Source: a virus | Lineage: Duplodnaviria > Caudoviricetes | Length of the DNA: 42,944 bases | IMG/VR virus record: IMGVR_UViG_3300017754_002694 | Location: 1 to 42,944 of that record | Reading direction: 5' to 3' (one strand) | Part shown: one piece after another, positions 33,134-40,748 of the stretch | Layout: every line of letters begins with the position of its first letter | Position numbering within the stretch: position 1 is the stretch's first letter | The notes under the pieces: model-generated | What the model saw: only the letters and a program-made list of their open reading frames with translations | Told to the model about the DNA's origin: nothing | Database searches by the model: none | Translations under genes and position numbers: made by a program

Positions 33134-33415
33134 TTAGTTGAAGATGGATTCGGACTTGGTCTTGTCGTCTTCGAGCAGCTGGTCAGACGCCTGCTCGTAC
33201 TTGTGCAGCAGCACCTCGAGCGTGGAGCGCATGTCGGACATGGCGCTGCCGGAGATCGGAACCGAGAAGGTGACCGACTGAATGCCGCCATGCTCGCCGC
33301 AGTGGCGGCAGTCATCGAAGATGTCGAGCACGACGAGCAGCGTGTCCTTCGCCACGACGATGCGGCCCATGGTCTTGGAGGTCGGGCTGAGGTGGAACGA
33401 GTGATGAGTGTTCAT
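33134..33415 (-). CDS. Hypothetical early protein (MNTHHSF...)
   Basis: Start chosen at the ATG after ACGGAG. Confidence 0.7.
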   Translation of the reverse strand: MNTHHSFHLSPTSKTMGRIVVAKDTLLVVLDIFDDCRHCGEHGGIQSVTFSVPISGSAMSDMRSTLEVLLHKYEQASDQLLEDDKTKSESIFN

Positions 33416-33417
33416 GG

Positions 33418-33681
33418 TTACTCCGTGATGGTGGGCTTGATGAGATCGGTACGGTGGATGCGAACGCGAGCCTCGGAAACCAGCCGGCCGGCGTCTGAGT
33501 AGCAGGACATCTGCCAGTGCCACGAGTTGATCGAGACCCAGCGTTCGTCGGGGATGTCCCTGATGCGCTGCTGGACGTAGCGCGTGGCGTGCTCGACGGC
33601 GTCCGAGCCAGACATGAACGCGCCGAGGACGTGGGGTGTTCCGGTGTCGGTGTGGAAGGTCACAACGAATACGGTCTGCAT
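33418..33681 (-). CDS. Hypothetical early protein (MQTVFVV...)
   Basis: Start after the motif; VFVV...VLGAF.S...A pattern common in small phage proteins. Confidence 0.75.
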   Translation of the reverse strand: MQTVFVVTFHTDTGTPHVLGAFMSGSDAVEHATRYVQQRIRDIPDERWVSINSWHWQMSCYSDAGRLVSEARVRIHRTDLIKPTITE

Positions 33682-33706
33682 ATGTATTCTCCGTGTAGGT
33701 GGTTGG

Positions 33707-33964
33707 TTAGAAGTTGTCGGAGGCCGCATCGATCAGCGCCTCTTGGATCTGGTCGTAGTAGTTCTTGACCATCTCGATGGTCTGTTCCTTGGTCAGCGCA
33801 ATGCGCAGCTTGTCGCCATCGGTGATGACGATGTCGATCTCGCTGCCGATGTCGATGTAGCCGGGATCATCGCGAGTAGCGGGGGTGTGGATCACATCAC
33901 CGCTGCATTCGAGGAACAGGATGCCGTCGAGGTGGACAGGTGCGGTCACGTACTGGGTGGTCAT
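33707..33964 (-). CDS. Hypothetical acidic early protein (MTTQYV...)
   Basis: Start after ACACGGAGACCAAC. Confidence 0.75.
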   Translation of the reverse strand: MTTQYVTAPVHLDGILFLECSGDVIHTPATRDDPGYIDIGSEIDIVITDGDKLRIALTKEQTIEMVKNYYDQIQEALIDAASDNF

Positions 33965-33997
33965 GTTGGTCTCCGTGTCAGGTTGTGTCAAGAGAAA

Positions 33998-34405
33998 CTA
34001 CTGGGGGCTCGAGCCGGCAACGAACAGGTCGCTGGCACGGCGGGTAAGTCCGTTGATGTTGTCCTTGATCATGCCGTCGCTGTTGCGCGTCATGTACAAG
34101 ATCGGAGCTTGCACGCAGCGCACGCCGGTGTCCTCGTCGCACTTGGTTGCGCCATCAGGGCAGATGTGGATGACATCGCCACTCAACAGGTGGACTTGGA
34201 CCATTCCAGTCACACGGTAGATGGCGAGGGCCTTGGAGTCGCTGCTGAAGTTCCATCTCCTGACGTTGGTGATCGCCTTCGCAAGAGACGGGTCTCGTGC
34301 CCACGATCCCTGACCGATCACCAACCACTGGTGGTTTGGCGTGATGGTCGCGATTGCATCGGTGAGCTTCTTGCTGGTCATGTACTTCATCGAGAGCTTG
34401 GTCAT
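33998..34405 (-). CDS. Hypothetical early protein
   Basis: Start after ACACAGGAG. Confidence 0.75.
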   Translation of the reverse strand: MTKLSMKYMTSKKLTDAIATITPNHQWLVIGQGSWARDPSLAKAITNVRRWNFSSDSKALAIYRVTGMVQVHLLSGDVIHICPDGATKCDEDTGVRCVQAPILYMTRNSDGMIKDNINGLTRRASDLFVAGSSPQ

Positions 34406-34428
34406 GTCTTTCTCCTGTGTTGAGAAGG

Positions 34429-34836
34429 TTAGAAGCTGAAGTCGTGGTAGTTCTCGCGCAATCCGATGATCAGGTAGTTGTACTTGTCGAGGCGGAACTT
34501 GCCGCTTCGCGTGCGGTTGGCCCAGTAGTGGTTAGACCACTGGTCGCCGCTCGAATCGACGCCGCTCTTCGGGTCGCTCGTCATGCACTCGTACTGCTGC
34601 GCATCGCTCATGCCGTAGTTGTCGACACGCACGCGTTCGTCGCGGGTGAACATGATGCGGCGCACCATGCCCTTGCGAGCGCCGGACTTGTAGCACTCCA
34701 CCTTGTGGATGGTGCCACTCCACCTGTCGCTGTACTGCACGACGGTGACGTACTGCCCGACGACGGGCTCGGGCTGGCCCTTCATGTTGACCATGAAGTA
34801 GTTGGTCAGGCTGCCGTAGTTCGTGAGCTTGGTCAT
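34429..34836 (-). CDS. Hypothetical early protein (MTKLTNYGSL...YHDFSF)
   Basis: Start after a full copy of the motif. Confidence 0.8.
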   Translation of the reverse strand: MTKLTNYGSLTNYFMVNMKGQPEPVVGQYVTVVQYSDRWSGTIHKVECYKSGARKGMVRRIMFTRDERVRVDNYGMSDAQQYECMTSDPKSGVDSSGDQWSNHYWANRTRSGKFRLDKYNYLIIGLRENYHDFSF

Positions 34837-34858
34837 GTTGGTCTCCTGTGTTGGTTGG

Positions 34859-35089
34859 TTAGTAGTTGCTGCTGCCGTAGCTGCCGTAGTACGAGCCGCC
34901 CTCGAGAGCGTCCGCGCACAGGTCACACTGGTATCCCAGATCCCTGTCGCGAGGCGTCAGCATGTTGGGACGCTCGCACGTGGGGCAGGGCAGGTTTCGG
35001 GGGTTCCGCTTGGTCTCCCTACGCAGGGCGCTGTTGCCGCCGGGGTTCGCGAACTCGTCGGTGAACTCGTCGTATTCATGGTCGTGCAT
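34859..35089 (-). CDS. Small Zn-finger protein
   Basis: CPTC and CDLC; motif upstream. Confidence 0.8.
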   Translation of the reverse strand: MHDHEYDEFTDEFANPGGNSALRRETKRNPRNLPCPTCERPNMLTPRDRDLGYQCDLCADALEGGSYYGSYGSSNY

Positions 35090-35116
35090 GGCTTGGTCTC
35101 CTGTGTTGGTGGTTGA

Positions 35117-35875
35117 TCAGATGCCGAGCTTGGCGATGGCGAGCTCGATCTCCTGCTGCTTCTTCTTGATGTCCTCGATCTGCGCCTCGAGCTGCTGACG
35201 AGCAGCCATCTTGTCGAGATCCTGCGCGTCCTGCTTGCGGTGCTCGGCCCACGCCTTGGCGACCTTGATCGTCAAGCCGTACGGGTCGCCGTTGAACATG
35301 CTCTGCACGAGAGACTCGACCGCAGCGTTCTCGACATCGGCGAAGTTCTGCTGCTGGTAGAGCTTGGCCGCCTCGTGGATGCACGACTCCTCGTGCTCAT
35401 CGTAGTAGTACTTGACGGCGGCACGGTGCAGCGCGTCGCAGTCTTCCTCGATGATCTTCTCGACCGCAGCCTCGCGCACCTCATCCTCGTTGTCCTCGAT
35501 GTACTTCGACACCGCATCGTCGGTGACATCGCCGTCGTCGATCATCTTCTGGATCGCAGCATCGCGCACGTCCTCGTCGCACTCGTCGATCAGCTGCTGC
35601 GCAGCTGCCTCACGGATGTCGTCCTCGTCGTCCTCCATCATGCGCTCAAGGGCGAGGTCGCGCATGTTCTCCTCGTTGCTCTCGATGTACTTGTTGATCG
35701 CGAGGCGCTCGACCTGACGGTACATGACCGTGCCGTAGATGTTGTTGAGGATCGAGTCGATGTAGCTTTCGTTGTGCACGAGAGCGCCGATGATCTGGTC
35801 AGGGGTCAGGTGGAAGGTGATAGCGGCGGTCATGTTGGTCTCCGTGTTGGTGTTGGTGTTGGTGTTGGTGTTCAT
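35117..35875 (-). CDS. Acidic 16-aa-repeat protein (second in-frame start at 35833)
   Basis: About 8 repeats of the YIEDNEDEVREAAVEK type; C-terminal coiled coil. Confidence 0.85.
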   Translation of the reverse strand: MNTNTNTNTNTETNMTAAITFHLTPDQIIGALVHNESYIDSILNNIYGTVMYRQVERLAINKYIESNEENMRDLALERMMEDDEDDIREAAAQQLIDECDEDVRDAAIQKMIDDGDVTDDAVSKYIEDNEDEVREAAVEKIIEEDCDALHRAAVKYYYDEHEESCIHEAAKLYQQQNFADVENAAVESLVQSMFNGDPYGLTIKVAKAWAEHRKQDAQDLDKMAARQQLEAQIEDIKKKQQEIELAIAKLGI

Positions 35876-35922
35876 TGTCGTGGTCTCCTGTGTTGGTGGT
35901 TAGAGCTTGGTCATGTTGCGCT

Positions 35923-36165
35923 TCACGCGAGCACCTCGACACGGTGTCCGCTGGCTTCGTCGTCGGCCTTGATGCGCAGCAGGTCGGACATCGCTTCAGC
36001 GGCGGTCGAGTAGTGCCAAGCGACGTGATCGTCGAAGAACATCTTGCCGTCGAACTCGGCGTAACGGTCGATCATGTATCGATCGTAGATGATGTACTTC
36101 TCGTAGCGGTTGCCGCGCATTCTCGCCTCTCCGTAGCCTTGAATCTTGTAGTAGATCGTGTTCAT
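35923..36165 (-). CDS. Hypothetical early protein
   Basis: Motif upstream. Confidence 0.75.
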   Translation of the reverse strand: MNTIYYKIQGYGEARMRGNRYEKYIIYDRYMIDRYAEFDGKMFFDDHVAWHYSTAAEAMSDLLRIKADDEASGHRVEVLA

Positions 36166-36187
36166 CGTGGTCTCCTGTGTTGGTTGG

Positions 36188-36358
36188 TTAGATGGAGCGG
36201 AAGCTTTCGAGCTTTCCCTTGGGCTTGCTGCACTTGATGCACAGCGTCGCGCTTTCTCCGACGTTGGCGGATGCGACGGCGAAGGGAATCGCTGCGAACC
36301 AGACTTGCTTCTTGTTGGTGATGTCTTCGCCGCAGTTGTCGCAGTACGTAGCGGTCAT
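36188..36358 (-). CDS. 56-aa Zn-finger protein (MTATYCDNCG...CIKC)
   Basis: Translated by hand; lies between two motif copies. Confidence 0.75.
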   Translation of the reverse strand: MTATYCDNCGEDITNKKQVWFAAIPFAVASANVGESATLCIKCSKPKGKLESFRSI

Positions 36359-36387
36359 GGTCGTGGTCTCCTGTGTTGGGGGTTAGA

Positions 36388-37128
36388 TCAGGCGGGGATG
36401 AACGAGGTGACTTCGGGGTTGCGGCTGCCGCCCTTGCCCTTGGCAGCGAGCACGAGGATCGTGCCCGTCGGGTGCACGAAGGTTGCATCGTGCTTGTCGC
36501 CGTCGACGTAGTTCGCGCCGAAGGCGAGCATCGCCGCAGGGTTGCGGCTGACGACAGCGCAGCGAGCGGGGCGAGCGTGCTTCTTCGTGATGATCGGCAT
36601 CACCTCGGACAGCGTGCGCTTCTCGGAGATCGAGAAGGTGAGGTCGTAGTTGGCGGGCAGCTTGCCGGCGAGGTGCAGCTTCCACCTCTCGAACGACTTC
36701 GTGTAGTCGTAGAACTGCACGTCGAACCAGCGAGCGAAGAAGTCGATGCCGAGCAGAGCGACGAAGTCGAGATCCGAGAAGCCATTGAGGCGGACAGCGA
36801 GACGCTTGCCGCGCTTGTTGGCTGCACGCACAGCCTTGGCAAGCTCGAGCTCGAGCTGCGCCAGAGCGACGGGAGAGATGGTGCCGTCGGTAGCGATGAG
36901 GTTGACGGTGCGCCAGACACGAGCGTCGAAGACGCTCTTGCTGACGCCGCGACCGCTCTCGAAGATGCAGGTCTTCGCACACGCGCCCGCATCGGGACAC
37001 GTGTTGAGGATGGTGCCGTCGTCGAGACGGTGCTTCGCCACCTTGACAGGGGCAAGCTGCATGATGAGCAGCTCGAAGCCGTCGACATCCTTCGAGACCT
37101 TCGTGTTCGTGGTAAGATATTCGGTCAT
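36388..37128 (-). CDS. GP88-family, radical-SAM-like phage protein
   Basis: CP....C...C, RLNGFSD, FYDYTK, NYDLTFS and DGD.HD motifs. Confidence 0.8.
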   Translation of the reverse strand: MTEYLTTNTKVSKDVDGFELLIMQLAPVKVAKHRLDDGTILNTCPDAGACAKTCIFESGRGVSKSVFDARVWRTVNLIATDGTISPVALAQLELELAKAVRAANKRGKRLAVRLNGFSDLDFVALLGIDFFARWFDVQFYDYTKSFERWKLHLAGKLPANYDLTFSISEKRTLSEVMPIITKKHARPARCAVVSRNPAAMLAFGANYVDGDKHDATFVHPTGTILVLAAKGKGGSRNPEVTSFIPA

Positions 37129-37181
37129 GACAGAGTTACTCCGTGGTTGGTTGTGGTTGGTTGGTGGTTGGTTAGGTCGGA

Positions 37182-37493
37182 CTAGGCGTCGCACTCGTGC
37201 CAGTCATTCGAGCGACGGGTCACATGCTCGTGCCAAGCCAGAGAGAGCTCGTACTCCACAGCCGTGGGATCGAGCTCGGGACCGAAGGCGTCTCCGATGT
37301 AGGCGTAGTACGACCGTCCCTCGTTGCCGCAGTCCATCCAGATGGTGACCTCGACCACGTCATTCAGACCACGGGTCTGCTCGATAGCAGCCTTGATCGC
37401 AGTCTGTATCTGAGTGTAGTAGCTAGTGGATTCGAACAGGCGGTTCGTGACAGAGTCACGGCGGACGATTTGCATGTCGTAGGGGTGGTGCAT
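37182..37493 (-). CDS. Hypothetical early protein
   Basis: Motif upstream. Confidence 0.75.
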   Translation of the reverse strand: MHHPYDMQIVRRDSVTNRLFESTSYYTQIQTAIKAAIEQTRGLNDVVEVTIWMDCGNEGRSYYAYIGDAFGPELDPTAVEYELSLAWHEHVTRRSNDWHECDA

Positions 37494-37529
37494 GAGAGTT
37501 TCTCCGTGGTTGGTTGGTGGTGGTTGGAA

Positions 37530-37742
37530 TCAGACCGCGTCCTCAGGGAGCAGCTCGTAGGTGCCGGAGTCGCGGCGCGTCTCCAGAGAGAGACGGCGGA
37601 ACAGAAGATCGTCGATGCGAGCATTCACGCGAGCCAGAGCGGCGTGGTGGATGTCGAGGGCAGAGCGACGAATGCGATCATCCTGAAGCATGAGCTCGGA
37701 GATCAGGCGGTCGAGGCGGTCGATTTGCTGTGCGGTGGTCAT
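37530..37742 (-). CDS. First early gene; small coiled-coil protein
   Basis: Motif upstream; lies directly after the ribozyme. Confidence 0.75.
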   Translation of the reverse strand: MTTAQQIDRLDRLISELMLQDDRIRRSALDIHHAALARVNARIDDLLFRRLSLETRRDSGTYELLPEDAV

Positions 37743-37782
37743 GAGAGTTTCTCCGTGGTTGGTTGGTTTAGAGTCCTGACGT

Positions 37783-37847
37783 GGTCATCATCAGCGTCGG
37801 CATTACCGACGGACCTTCGGACTTCTTCGGAGTCCTAGGTTTCGACC
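37783..37847 (-). ncRNA. Type II hammerhead ribozyme
   Basis: Minus strand reads GGUC GAAA CCU [hairpin] AGG UC^ CGUCGG UAAUG CCGACG CUGAUGA U GACC. Both core motifs, three stems and a GUC cleavage triplet are present. Predicted cut between 37812 and 37811. Confidence 0.88.
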
Positions 37848-37860
37848 TTGGGGGATCGTC

Positions 37861-38300
37861 CTGCACACTCAGGTGGCATCCATAGAGATTCTCCGCAGTC
37901 TTGACAGGCCTCGCGATCGTAGGCTCTGCGGAGTACCTCTACGGCTTGAGCGGTAGGGGTTGGGACAGTCAGGTTCCCGGTCCCTATCGGAAAGCTACCT
38001 GTCACGTAGCCTCCCGATGTATCGGGGTTCCCTCTCGCTAGAGACTTGCTAGGTCTCTTATCGTGCCAAGCTTGCAGAGCTACAGACTTGCAGGAGAGAC
38101 GCCTATCGGCGTCGACGCCTAAGCTACGGTCGGGGTCTAGATAGCTTGCGCTATCGGGGTAGTCGCCCCATCCATCGGTACACGTCCGGCTTTCGGACCG
38201 GATAGTACTCCCCACGCTTTCGCATTGTGGGGATAGCTAGTGCAGTGGCTTGCGCACTAAGCGAGAGTCGGGTTGTCAAGCCAGTACGAGACTCGTACAT
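37861..38300 (-). ncRNA. Candidate large structured RNA upstream of the ribozyme
   Basis: At least 10 hairpins, several with GAAA or GCAA loops on the - strand, plus long-range pairings 38032-38039/38260-38267 and 37900-37906/38274-38280. Confidence 0.65.
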
Positions 38301-38525
38301 CTAGAGTCAGTACCCGTACCTAAGTCTGGACGCCTACCGAGAGACAGACAGACAGAGCACGTTGGCAGAGAGAGTCAGAGAGTCACACCTTCCTTGTTCG
38401 GGCCTTTCGTGGGGAGCGATCGCTCGCCCCGTCCGTCCCATCGGCGGGCCGGACACCTCCAGCCGTGGTGTAATTCGAGCCCGATCGGCTTGCGTTTTGC
38501 GCTTTGCCGGGTAGCCTGACGCCAT

Positions 38526-38576
38526 GCCGGGGCTGAGCCCGGCTCCCGCACCCCCCCTACGGGGGTACCGGGGGGT
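38526..38576. other. GC hairpin plus C7/G5/G6 runs; candidate genome end or packaging signal
   Basis: GCCGGG..CCCGGC, then ACCCCCCC-TAC-GGGGG-TACC-GGGGGGT, in the non-coding strand-switch region. Confidence 0.35.
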
Positions 38577-38865
38577 TTTCGCTAGGTAGCCCGACGTGAT
38601 GGACCTAGCTCCGAGCCCACACACGGTAGATTTCGAGTGTTGGTCGGTGGTTTTCGGCGCGTTCCGCGCAGGAATCAGCAGCAACTACCCTGCGTTGAGG
38701 GATGGCTTGCATAACTTGCTGGGTTTGGTGGCCTTCAGAGACCAAGCTTCCCAAGAGCTCTCGGCTCACATGGTGCCAGTTTGAGCCTCGAGCAACCCTC
38801 CGCACTACCGTGCTCCGGTTCCCTTCGCAGGATGCCCTGATAACACCTCGTGTCAAGTTACAGCT

Positions 38866-38986
38866 GTGTAAGAGCCGTGTATTGGCTGTGTATGGAGGCG
38901 TGTTGTGCATGCCCCAGCTATGCCTGTGCATGCTTGTGCTATGCCTGTGCCATGCTCTTGCATGCCTAGGAATGCTTATGCGATGC
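38866..38986. repeat. Helically phased GTGT/ATGC array
   Basis: GTGT at 38866, 38877, 38888 and 38900; ATGC at 38909, 38920, 38930, 38941, 38952, 38962 and 38972. Confidence 0.7.
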
Positions 38987-39066
38987 TCGGGCATCGCATG
39001 ACAGAGCCGTTAGGCTATCTCCACCTGCGTCCTGCCGTGCGGGCTCCTCTAGACAGGACTTGCGGC

Positions 39067-39468
39067 ATGTTGTGCATTGCGGACGGGCAGTATCTGACGG
39101 TCTCGTGGGAGACGGTGGTGTCCATCGTCGCCCCCATGGTTGGTGCCGGCGTGTGGATGGCCAAGTGGATGGCTAGCCGCTCTGACCGGGATAGGGACGA
39201 CCTGATGAAGCGCATGGACGCTGACAGGTTCGAGGCCAACGAGGACCGCAAGGTGCTCAAGGAAACCCTCCATGCCCTCAAGAACGCCATTCAGGCGGCC
39301 ACCCTGACCACCGAACAGCACAGCCAGACGGTGGACAGCATGGTCCAGACGCAGCAGCGGATTGTCTGGACACAGGAGCGCATCCTCGCGCTGATCGAGG
39401 CCGATCTACGCAAGGTCCGGGGCGACGTGCGCTTCGAGGACCGCCAGAAGTCCGAGGAACGGGCTTAG
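39067..39468 (+). CDS. Single-TM plus coiled-coil protein (holin-like)
   Basis: WETVVSIVAPMVGAGVWMAKWM followed by a coiled coil; AGGA upstream of ATG 39067; start uncertain. Confidence 0.6.
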   Translation: MLCIADGQYLTVSWETVVSIVAPMVGAGVWMAKWMASRSDRDRDDLMKRMDADRFEANEDRKVLKETLHALKNAIQAATLTTEQHSQTVDSMVQTQQRIVWTQERILALIEADLRKVRGDVRFEDRQKSEERA

Positions 39469-39704
39469 CAGCCCCAACGCTTCCGGGCAGCCTTGCCACG
39501 GTCGCCGGTCCAACCCCGGCTACGGGCACAGAAGCTCTTGTGACGAGGGTCGTCCTTGTCCTTCGTCGGAGCCTGAAGGTTGCTGCCCGTGGCGCGGTTG
39601 TACTTCGCGCGACCCTTCGCCGTCAGCCCTGCGCCCTCCGAGACGGACAGCTTCTCGCCACGTCCAACGGACAGATTCGGTCCCTGCTTCTTTCGCTTTG
39701 CCAT
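39465..39704 (-). CDS. Small basic phage protein (DUF6321-like)
   Basis: GLTAKGRAKYNRATGSNLQAP...RHKSFCAR...RWGC pattern. Confidence 0.75.
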   Translation of the reverse strand: MAKRKKQGPNLSVGRGEKLSVSEGAGLTAKGRAKYNRATGSNLQAPTKDKDDPRHKSFCARSRGWTGDRGKAARKRWGC

Positions 39705-39721
39705 TGTAACGGTCCTGTAGG

Positions 39722-39976
39722 TCAGTCCCAGCCTAGCCCCTGCCACATGTCGCTCGCCTCAGAGCTACCTCGCTCGTGAACCGGGAGCGGTCGCGGGGGA
39801 CGGTACTCTCCCTTGGGCATCGTGACGAAGCTGTCATCGATGAACGGCCCAAGCTTCTCGTGCTGCATGGCGTGCTCCTCGTAGCGCACGTCCCCCCTGT
39901 GGGAGGGGATCACCGGACCAGAAGGATCCAGCCGCACCTTCATGGGGCAGTACCCACACAGCATGTACTTCGCCAT
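39722..39976 (-). CDS. Hypothetical protein (CxxC...H...H)
   Basis: Fills the operon gap; MAKYMLCGYC. Confidence 0.55.
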   Translation of the reverse strand: MAKYMLCGYCPMKVRLDPSGPVIPSHRGDVRYEEHAMQHEKLGPFIDDSFVTMPKGEYRPPRPLPVHERGSSEASDMWQGLGWD

Positions 39977-39984
39977 CTGACACC

Positions 39985-40260
39985 CTAGAGCAGGTAGTCC
40001 ACCGGGACCATCAGGGCCGGCGTCCCCTTGCCTACCCATGCGCCGGCGATGTTGAACTCCACGTATTCGATGGCCTCCTCCTCGGACATGCCATCCTTCT
40101 GCAGGTTCGACACGATCTTGGTGTAGTCGTAGACCGCGATCGCCGGCTCGCCGCAGCGCGTCACAAAGCCAAGAATCGCCGTCTCATGGCCGTCGATCAT
40201 CAGGACGGGCTCGGAGAGGTTCTCTTCGATGATCGCTTGGATCTGTTCCTTGGTCGCCAT
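39985..40260 (-). CDS. Conserved phage protein (DG...AILG...EEAIEYVEFNIAGAWVG..TP family)
   Basis: Recognisable widespread phage motif; TGATG coupling with the resolvase gene. Confidence 0.8.
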   Translation of the reverse strand: MATKEQIQAIIEENLSEPVLMIDGHETAILGFVTRCGEPAIAVYDYTKIVSNLQKDGMSEEEAIEYVEFNIAGAWVGKGTPALMVPVDYLL

Positions 40261-40748
40261 CAGATCTTCCTCGAGGTTTGAAAGCCGTAGAACGCGATCA
40301 GGCATGCGTCGATGCAGCCGTCGTGCGTCGTGTTCACGTAGGGGAGCAGGCGGCGGCACTCGCGCAGCGCACGCTTCTTGGTGTCCATCTTCTTCGCTGT
40401 CGTGGTGAAGACGAACTTCTGCCACTCCTGAGGGCGAACCGCGCGAAGCTTGTAGTTTCCGCCGGGAATGAACGATCCAGCCCACTCTTGCAGGGCGTGG
40501 CACGTAGCCTCGAAGTAGCCCGCCCACCAGCTAGCCTTCTTCGACATGAAGCCGTTCGGCTTCTCGTAGATGATCTCCACGTCGTCGCTGGTACGGGTGT
40601 ACTCCCACAGAACGGCCACCATCTGCTTCAGCGGCTGGCTGTCGTCAATCTCGATCACGCGGATGATCCGGCCGTTCTCCAGCACCGCGATGCCACCCGT
40701 CCGTCCCGTGTCGATGCCAATAACTACTTGACTTTTCGCATCGCTCAT
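40260..40748 (-). CDS. RuvC-like Holliday junction resolvase
   Basis: IGIDTG, IIYE, P.EWQK and DG.IDA.LIA catalytic pattern. Confidence 0.88.
   Translation of the reverse strand: MSDAKSQVVIGIDTGRTGGIAVLENGRIIRVIEIDDSQPLKQMVAVLWEYTRTSDDVEIIYEKPNGFMSKKASWWAGYFEATCHALQEWAGSFIPGGNYKLRAVRPQEWQKFVFTTTAKKMDTKKRALRECRRLLPYVNTTHDGCIDACLIAFYGFQTSRKI

Larger units (their letters stand above)
33113..37770 (-). repeat. Dispersed intergenic motif (TAA)CCAACCAACAC(A/G)GGAGAC..ATG, about 14 copies
   Basis: Copies near 33120, 33420, 33690, 33970, 34412, 34843, 35098, 35840, 35885, 36170, 36366, 37140, 37501 and 37751, each immediately 5' of a start codon. Confidence 0.9.

Noticed and set aside
33113-37770. 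Intergenic repeats as a CRISPR array or integron attC sites
   Set aside because: Spacers are whole genes, repeats are non-palindromic and contain the RBS, and there is no integrase or cas operon; the Cas4-like gene is a solo phage nuclease.
37835-38215. 126-aa minus-strand ORF across the structured region
   Set aside because: GTG start buried in a hairpin, lacks the RBS motif of the genuine early genes, atypical codons, ends inside the ribozyme. Not fully excluded because it contains CQDC.
38208-38223. GCGAAAGCGTGGGGAG on the - strand resembles a 16S rRNA segment
   Set aside because: Only about 16 nt; flanks do not continue as rRNA.
38274-38279. TTGACA on the - strand as the early promoter (also at 38851-38856)
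   Set aside because: No acceptable -10 hexamer at 16-18 nt spacing.
38341-38385. GACA/GAGA short tandem tract
   Set aside because: Short and low-complexity; no function can be supported.
38300-38600. Second ribozyme upstream that would allow RNA circularisation
   Set aside because: No CUGANGA/GAAA core found by eye; other ribozyme classes would need a covariance-model search.
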